From the IMG/VR virus record IMGVR_UViG_3300043466_001817, positions 1 through 64,000 of that record: 64,000 bases of DNA, one strand, 5' to 3'. Source of the DNA: a virus. The position numbers were made by a program, and so were the translations under genes. Shown here in pieces: positions 58,558-64,000 of this stretch (positions are counted from its first letter, which is position 1; every line of letters starts with the position of its first letter). The notes under the pieces were generated by a model. That model was given only the letters and a program-made list of their open reading frames with translations. It searched no databases and was not told where the DNA came from.

Positions 58558-58953
58558 TCAGTCCTTGTCGTTGTTTCCCAGTTCCTCTTCGATGTCGTTG
58601 ATGTACTCCCGCCGGTCGTGGGGGAAGTGCTTGCGCTCCAACTCGCCCGCGAACTCGTCGTAGGTCATGGACATCATGTCGCCCAAGAGCATCATGAACG
58701 CCGCGTCACCTGCCGTGACATCCTTCGGACGCTCGTTGCGCTCCTTCGCATCCGCGAGTTCCTGGGTCGCGTAGGCCATCGCAGCGGAGGCGACGAGGCG
58801 GAGCTTCTGATCCTTGAAGAAGGTCGGGTTCCGCATCACCAGTTCCACGAGGCTGTAGATCACCTCGTGGATGCTGGGCTTGAACTGCTCCATCATGGGG
58901 TGCGGCTCGTTGTTGTCGAAGAAGTTGCTGAAGTTGTTCGTCGGGTCAGGCAT
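58558..58953 (-). CDS. Hypothetical early protein
   Basis: 131-aa ORF with GC3-rich codons. Confidence 0.7.
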   Translation of the reverse strand: MPDPTNNFSNFFDNNEPHPMMEQFKPSIHEVIYSLVELVMRNPTFFKDQKLRLVASAAMAYATQELADAKERNERPKDVTAGDAAFMMLLGDMMSMTYDEFAGELERKHFPHDRREYINDIEEELGNNDKD

Positions 58954-59176
58954 TGTTGGCTTCCTTGATCTGTGCGTGAAGGTTGAGGATGAACTCGTAC
59001 TCGTCGTCGGTGGTCATGTCGGGGTCGGCCATCTTGGTCAGCATCACATACGCTGACCCCATTCGCATCACCTTCTCCGGGTCGGTGTCCCAGTCCGGGT
59101 TAGCGAAGATGAAGTCGGAGATGCTGTTCAGCAGGTCGCTGACATTGCAGGTGGTGGGCTTCTTGGGCTTGTTCAT
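58946..59176 (-). CDS. Hypothetical early protein
   Basis: TTGACA-N17-TACAAT-N6-ATG. Confidence 0.7.
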   Translation of the reverse strand: MNKPKKPTTCNVSDLLNSISDFIFANPDWDTDPEKVMRMGSAYVMLTKMADPDMTTDDEYEFILNLHAQIKEANNA

Positions 59177-59194
59177 GGTGGTATTGTACCGAAG

Positions 59195-59524
59195 TCAGAG
59201 GGGGCTGTCAAGCAGGGAATAGTCGATATTCGAAACAGAAACCTCGAGGCCCCAATGCTCCAAAGTTTTCTTCATATCGTCCACGAAAGTCAACTGGAGC
59301 ATCGGGTCGCAGTCGAAGTTGAGACAGGCGGTGATCATGCAGAACTCGTTCGCAATGTCGAACTGGAAGGTGGGGTTCTGTCCACGGGTCACGGCGTACC
59401 TATCGTCCGCAAAGTTCCATGCATGAAGGTAAGCGTTCGACATCTCCTTGAGGCGCATGGTAGCCCAAGACCGGCTCCGTGCCGTCTTGTGCATAACGAC
59501 GGTGATGTTGCTGTAGAGTGCCAT
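59195..59524 (-). CDS. Hypothetical early protein
   Basis: 109-aa ORF coupled to the upstream gene. Confidence 0.65.
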   Translation of the reverse strand: MALYSNITVVMHKTARSRSWATMRLKEMSNAYLHAWNFADDRYAVTRGQNPTFQFDIANEFCMITACLNFDCDPMLQLTFVDDMKKTLEHWGLEVSVSNIDYSLLDSPL

Positions 59525-59760
59525 CAGTCGAAGTCCTCGTCATCCACGAAGTCAGATGCGTCGAAGTCGCTCATCTCCGGGATGTCATCGTCGTGTTCGG
59601 TGTAGTCATCGTCCGCGTCGTAGAGGCCGATCATGCGGCGAGCCTCCGCTTCGCTGTAGCCTTCGGCCATCAACTCTTCGATGGCCTCCTCGTCGGTCAT
59701 CTCCTCAATGGCGTGGTCGTACTGATCGTCGGTGTTGTCGAAGTCGTTGTCAATGTCCAT
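59524..59760 (-). CDS. Extremely acidic 78-aa early protein
   Basis: MDIDNDFDNTDDQYDHAIEEMTDEE...; TTGCAT...TATACT-N6-ATG. Confidence 0.7.
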   Translation of the reverse strand: MDIDNDFDNTDDQYDHAIEEMTDEEAIEELMAEGYSEAEARRMIGLYDADDDYTEHDDDIPEMSDFDASDFVDDEDFD

Positions 59761-59854
59761 GCGCGCAGTATAGCCTATACCGGCGGGGATGCAAGCGGTA
59801 GCATCCAAGAAAACGAAATATATTTTGCGTCCCATAACGTCCAGGTGGTCCGGG

Positions 59855-59917
59855 CTACTATCAGGCGGCGGCCGGTCCTATAAGAAATCAAAAATGCCTG
59901 GGCATTTTTGATAGTAG
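59855..59917. repeat. Early-region palindromic element, copy 4
   Basis: CTACTATCAGG...atcaaaaatgcc-tg-ggcatttttgat-AGTAG. Confidence 0.92.
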
Positions 59918-60058
59918 TCAAATAAAATGCCCCACCTTGAAGAAGGTGGGGCGTGGGAGCTACCGTCCAAACTCCCGCGTTTCTCCGCACAGCGCTGTAC
60001 GGATCTTTTTTATGCCGCTTGTGGCCACACAGGGCATCCGGTTTTGATGGTTTGGGCG

Positions 60059-60292
60059 TTAGTCCTTGAACTCGCATCCCGTCACGACATAGCGAAGTCC
60101 GCCAAGCGTGAAGGTCAGGGTGAACGCGCAGAAGTACATCACGCCAGCGCAGAAGAGTCCGACTGCGTTGAGCAGCCACGAAATGTCGTTGGGGGCGAGG
60201 AATGCGTAGGTAAAGATCATCGGGAGGAACCACGCCGCAATCAGGACGAGGGCACCGATGAAACGGTCGATGTAGGAGGTGGTGAGGTTCAT
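60059..60292 (-). CDS. Small 2-TM membrane protein
   Basis: Two hydrophobic helices; TTGACA-N17-TACAAT-N6-ATG. Confidence 0.7.
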   Translation of the reverse strand: MNLTTSYIDRFIGALVLIAAWFLPMIFTYAFLAPNDISWLLNAVGLFCAGVMYFCAFTLTFTLGGLRYVVTGCEFKD

Positions 60293-60323
60293 GGGAGTAT
60301 TGTACCTGGGTTGCAGGCGAATG

Positions 60324-60623
60324 TCAAGCCCAGTTCAGCATCTTCTCCGTCTTGGGCGAGAATCCCATGATCCCGGTGATCTTGTCCTCACCGATCAGGA
60401 TCCAGTCCTTCTTGGTGATGTCGAAGGCGCAGATGTAGCCTTCGGTGGTGTGACGGAGGCCCTTCGGCAGATTGCCGCCGAGGTGACGGATGAAGGTCGC
60501 GTCCGTAGTGACCTCACGGGCAGCGGGAGTGCCGTCCTTCTTCGTGAAAGTGACCATCACGGTGTCGTTGTTGGAGAGCGAAACGCGGAGGACGGTAGCG
60601 AGAGGCAGGTCGGTGGTGTTCAT
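60324..60623 (-). CDS. WYL_2/Sm-like SH3 beta-barrel protein
   Basis: VTFTKKDGT...T.D...FDI.KKDW pattern. Confidence 0.7.
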   Translation of the reverse strand: MNTTDLPLATVLRVSLSNNDTVMVTFTKKDGTPAAREVTTDATFIRHLGGNLPKGLRHTTEGYICAFDITKKDWILIGEDKITGIMGFSPKTEKMLNWA

Positions 60624-60733
60624 GTGAGTATTGTAGCCGGTTGGGGGTGAAAGTCAAGAGGGAAAGAAAGATTTTTTGGTGGTTTCGGGAGGGGGCGGTA
60701 ACTCAACCCCCTCCCATCATGCACCACCATGAT

Positions 60734-61135
60734 TTACTGGATCAGGTCCTGCGCGGTGGGGACGCCCTGCTTCTCGAACTTCTCCGCTTCGGCCTGGAGG
60801 ATCTCGAAGAACAACTTCGGGCACTTCATCTGCAAGGCGGTGATGTTCTCACCGTTGTCCCCCGCGAGGATCGCGTCCCCGACGAGCGGCTGCTTGCAGA
60901 TGATGGAGGCGCGGGTGTTGAAGCGCGGGTTGTCGATGCACAGACCCTCCTCATCGATCCACATCATCGAATCCTCGATGTGGTTCAGCGGGACGCTGAT
61001 CGGCTGCACGAGGCGGCACGACATGATCGGGTACATCGACTCCAACGGGTTGTCGGCGTTCAGTTCCACGACGCGGACGGGCTGGTTGATGTCGGCGGGG
61101 ATCAGGATGGCGGGGATGGTGGTGATGTTCGACAC
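60734..61135 (-). CDS. DUF3846-like protein
   Basis: MWIDEEGL...FNTRAS...LVGDAILAG pattern. Confidence 0.75.
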   Translation of the reverse strand: MSNITTIPAILIPADINQPVRVVELNADNPLESMYPIMSCRLVQPISVPLNHIEDSMMWIDEEGLCIDNPRFNTRASIICKQPLVGDAILAGDNGENITALQMKCPKLFFEILQAEAEKFEKQGVPTAQDLIQ

Positions 61136-61282
61136 GGTGGTGACTCCTGCCCCTGTGGGGCAACTGGGTGATACGCGAATTGTAGCAGGTTGGCTGGCGA
61201 TTGCAAGTAGGTAGGTCGCGATTCGAAAGATTTATTTCTTTCCTCGTACCGGCCACAGGGCTCGAGCCCGTCCAGGTGGGCG

Positions 61283-61340
61283 CTACTATCAGGCGGCGTC
61301 CAATAAAATCAGAGGGCCCTAGAGGGCCCTCTGATAGTAG
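61283..61340. repeat. Early-region palindromic element, copy 5
   Basis: CTACTATCAGG...atcagagggccct-ag-agggccctctgat-AGTAG. Confidence 0.92.
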
Positions 61341-61354
61341 CCCGAGGGGCTGGC

Positions 61355-61495
61355 TCAAACTTCTCGAGCCAGTTCCCTCTTTCCCTCCCTCCGCGCCATC
61401 CGAGGGTCGCGGCTCTTCTTGCCCCAAGTCTTGGGGCGGAGCCGGATGCCTTCACGGAAAGCGTCGTGGACGAACTTGCCTGGGCGGTGCTTCAT
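61355..61495 (-). CDS. Small basic peptide (46 aa; not in the ORF track)
   Basis: MKHRPGKFVHDAFREGIRLRPKTWGKKSRDPRMARREGKRELAREV; GAGGAG SD; ATGA overlap with the upstream gene. Confidence 0.6.
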   Translation of the reverse strand: MKHRPGKFVHDAFREGIRLRPKTWGKKSRDPRMARREGKRELAREV

Positions 61496-61737
61496 CGTGT
61501 CTCCTCTAGGTCGATCAGGGCGGAATCAATCTTGATCTGAAGGCGGCGAATCGTGTCGCGCTCCGCCTTCGCTTCAGCGTAGAACGCATCATGAGCTGCG
61601 GTTTCCCGGTAGGTGTTCATTTCACGCAGCACATCCACCATAGCGGTGAACATGAAACGGGAAATAATTTCCATTTCGCGCTTCGACAATTCCACCTGCA
61701 TGGCGGGCTTGCGAATTGGCTTGAGGGTGGTGATCAT
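61492..61737 (-). CDS. Hypothetical early protein
   Basis: TTGACA...TAAGAT-N6-ATG. Confidence 0.7.
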   Translation of the reverse strand: MITTLKPIRKPAMQVELSKREMEIISRFMFTAMVDVLREMNTYRETAAHDAFYAEAKAERDTIRRLQIKIDSALIDLEETR

Positions 61738-61786
61738 GGTGGTATCTTACCTTCCTGTCCTGTCCCTGTCAATAGGGTAGGGCGGA

Positions 61787-62407
61787 TTACTCCGCCTTTC
61801 CCCTGATGATGATCCACAGAAGCGCCTGCATGTCGGCGGCGGGCATGTTCCACGAATCGGCCATGAGCCGAACGGCAGCGGCGATGGCACGGTACTCAAC
61901 GGCGCTGGGCGCATCCTTCGGCTGGCCAGCGTACTTCGACTTCGGCCCGTAGGTGAGGCCGGCAGCGCGGCACATCCAAATGTCGATCACGACCGCATCG
62001 GGGTCGCCGCCGATGGCACGGGCGAACGCGTTCGTCTTCGGCCCGCGCAGGCCGTCGAAGCCTTCGCGCTGGCAACGGTCCGCAGCGTCCAGCGCCGAAC
62101 GCAGGCCCGCAGGGCGCTGGCCCATAGCGTACTCGGCGGCCTTGCGCTTGTTGAGCGCCCAAGTAACGCGGGGCGAGAATGCCGACACGACGCTAGCGGA
62201 CACTTCGAGCGTCCACGACGGCGCGATGGTGCAGAGCGATTCCGCGAACGCGTTCGCGTCGCAGTACCATGTGCCCGCCCGCTTGATGTCGGCGGGCGTG
62301 GCCGACGCCAGCAGGGTACGGAAGCGGCCTTCGGCCTCAACGCGGACGGCGGACATGCGGGCGAGGGTAGCGGCGGACGGCTGACGGGTGGTGGTGGTGG
62401 TGATCAT
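61787..62407 (-). CDS. Conserved phage protein with HhH-glycosylase-like motifs (DUF7178-like)
   Basis: G..WY, SAFSPRVTW..N, GPKT.AF, VVIDIWM.RA and MQA..W motifs. Confidence 0.65.
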   Translation of the reverse strand: MITTTTTRQPSAATLARMSAVRVEAEGRFRTLLASATPADIKRAGTWYCDANAFAESLCTIAPSWTLEVSASVVSAFSPRVTWALNKRKAAEYAMGQRPAGLRSALDAADRCQREGFDGLRGPKTNAFARAIGGDPDAVVIDIWMCRAAGLTYGPKSKYAGQPKDAPSAVEYRAIAAAVRLMADSWNMPAADMQALLWIIIRGKAE

Positions 62408-62517
62408 GCGGTAATTGTAACCGAATGGCTACAGAATGCAATAGGGTAGCCCGCTGAAACGCAAAGAATAATTATTCATCGCGGTGCATAGTTATGCAGG
62501 GCGTCCAGGTCGTCCGG

Positions 62518-62570
62518 CTACTATCAGGCCGTCCAATAAAATCAAGATCGCCGGGCGATCTTGATAGTAG
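62518..62570. repeat. Early-region palindromic element, copy 6
   Basis: CTACTATCAGG...atcaagatcgcc-g-ggcgatcttgat-AGTAG. Confidence 0.92.
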
Positions 62571-62642
62571 CCCACAAACAACCTAGCCCCGAGCTAATCG
62601 GGGCAGGGACGAATCCTCTTCGGTTGTAAGAGCACCACCTCT

Positions 62643-62909
62643 TTAGTCTGTGGCCGGTGCGAGTGCCGCCTCCTGTCCGACGCGGATTCCTGCGCGGAAT
62701 GCGTGGATCAGTTCCAGCAGTTCCCGCTTGCTGCGGTAGCCGGGGAAGATGGCGATGCAGGCTCCGTGGGGGCCGACGAGTTGCTGTAGTTGCCATCCGC
62801 CGTATGCGCCCTGGAGGTAGTACGCACCTGGCGTGGCAGCGGTCGCCCCGACGAGTTGGTTCAGGACGCGGGTGGCGGCTTCAAGGTCGCGGATCGTGGT
62901 GTGCTTCAT
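62643..62909 (-). CDS. Hypothetical early protein
   Basis: Y.L.GAYGGWQL...GYRSKREL motif; leaderless start. Confidence 0.7.
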   Translation of the reverse strand: MKHTTIRDLEAATRVLNQLVGATAATPGAYYLQGAYGGWQLQQLVGPHGACIAIFPGYRSKRELLELIHAFRAGIRVGQEAALAPATD

Positions 62910-62998
62910 AGTGTGAACCTTACTGTATCGGGGGGCGGGAATCAAGGGGGCAGGAAAGATTTTTTACTTTCTTTCCTGCCCCCCACCGGGGGCTTGGG

Positions 62999-63403
62999 TT
63001 AGATGGTCACGGAGCGGAGGGGGCGCGTCGGGGCGCGGTCGGCCTGCTTCGAGGCCGTGTCGCGTCCGTCGATCCAGTTAGCCGCAGCGAGGAGGCCGTA
63101 GGCGACGGCCCGCATCTCGTTCGCGGTGCAGGAGCAGCCCGCCCGCTCATCGAAGGCACCGAAGAGGTTGAACGACGCCATCCGGTGGTTGGGCGACGAG
63201 AGGACGCGGACGGCGTAGGGGCCGACCGGGATCATGAACGCCGCAGCCGACTCGTGGTCGAAGCGGATGCGGGTGTAGTTGCTGCGGTTGCTGATCGTGC
63301 AGTCGCTGATGCGGTTCTCGCGCTCGTTGCTGCGGAGGTTGTCAACGGAGCGCGACGGGCTGAACACGATGTCGGTGGCGCAGGAGAAGGTGGTGGTGGT
63401 CAT
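62999..63403 (-). CDS. Hypothetical early protein
   Basis: MTTTTFSC... start with AGGAG SD. Confidence 0.65.
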   Translation of the reverse strand: MTTTTFSCATDIVFSPSRSVDNLRSNERENRISDCTISNRSNYTRIRFDHESAAAFMIPVGPYAVRVLSSPNHRMASFNLFGAFDERAGCSCTANEMRAVAYGLLAAANWIDGRDTASKQADRAPTRPLRSVTI

Positions 63404-63435
63404 GGTAGATGCTCCTAGTGAGAGGGGTGCGATTG

Positions 63436-63627
63436 TCAAGCGGTAACGCAAGATTCTGCGCGAAACTTTGCCTTGCTCCAGCGCGGGTCGGCATCGTACC
63501 CGTTGGTGAGGAGCAGGTAGCGGAACTCCTCAATGGCCTGGGCCTTGGAGTCAGCGCGAACCGTGGTGGAGTGAATGATGCCGCCGAGGGTGCAGGTGAC
63601 GCGGAAGAGTTGGGTGGTGCTGTTCAT
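63436..63627 (-). CDS. Hypothetical early protein
   Basis: TTGACT...TACCAT-N6-ATG. Confidence 0.65.
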   Translation of the reverse strand: MNSTTQLFRVTCTLGGIIHSTTVRADSKAQAIEEFRYLLLTNGYDADPRWSKAKFRAESCVTA

Positions 63628-63653
63628 GCGTGTATGGTAGCGAATCTACAATG

Positions 63654-63744
63654 GAAGTCAATACCCTTTCTCAAATATTTCTCGAGCGCCCCCAGGCGAC
63701 CGATAACCTACCGGCAGAAATATTTGAGAAAGGGTATTGACTTC
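63654..63744. promoter_or_regulatory. Back-to-back sigma70 promoters built from a perfect 29-bp inverted repeat
   Basis: 63654-63682 is the exact reverse complement of 63716-63744 (agaaatatttgagaaagggtaTTGACTtc); both promoters have a gcTACCAT -10. Confidence 0.9.
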
Positions 63745-63770
63745 GATAGCAAACTTGCTACCATTAGCGC

Positions 63771-63989
63771 ATGGACACCACCCACACCGATTCGCCCGAC
63801 AACTTCCCCTGCCAGTGCCACCTGTCGAAGTACGCCTACGAGGACGCGCTCTGCCCCGAGTGCGAGGAGCGGGAGCGGCAGCTCGAAGCCCAGGTGGAGG
63901 CCGAAGCGCTGCGCGCCGAGGCCATGGAGGAGAGGGACTGGGACGCCGATAACGATTGGCTCGCCTCAGCGGGCTGGGGCGAGATGTGA
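63771..63989 (+). CDS. Small acidic Cys-containing early protein
   Basis: CQC...CPEC and acidic tail ending DNDWLASAGWGEM; leaderless start. Confidence 0.7.
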   Translation: MDTTHTDSPDNFPCQCHLSKYAYEDALCPECEERERQLEAQVEAEALRAEAMEERDWDADNDWLASAGWGEM

Positions 63990-64000
63990 GCCCCAAATAA

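Overview
A 64-kb segment of a large T4-like (myovirus-type) dsDNA phage in the standard genetic code. No capsid or terminase genes are in the window. From left to right: (1) a tail-fibre and surface-modification block (collagen-like fibre, RCC1-repeat protein, sulfotransferase-TPR-GT9, GT/FkbM, HldD, dUTPase); (2) minus-strand membrane and surface genes, including PEP-CTERM-like proteins; (3) the T4-type replication core (gp43, UvsX, gp40-like, gp41, gp61, ThyX, NrdJ, RuvC-like); (4) AT-rich late genes behind TAAATA promoters, many with T4-like capsid-targeting N-termini; (5) nine tRNA genes dispersed over 37-58 kb, a circularly permuted two-piece tmRNA and further structured RNAs; (6) after an abrupt GC rise near 52.9 kb, a GC-rich putative early region in which most genes have their own sigma70 promoter with a leaderless start. 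The most unusual features are: six copies of a CTACTATCA-[variable perfect palindrome]-TGATAGTAG element separating early gene cassettes; a tandem array of putative internal-protein genes joined by a conserved ~43-bp junction repeat; the permuted tmRNA; phage-encoded PEP-CTERM-like proteins (hinting at a Planctomycetota/PVC host, inference only); and an atypical tRNA with a UAU anticodon. All family assignments come from motif recognition by eye; no database search was run.
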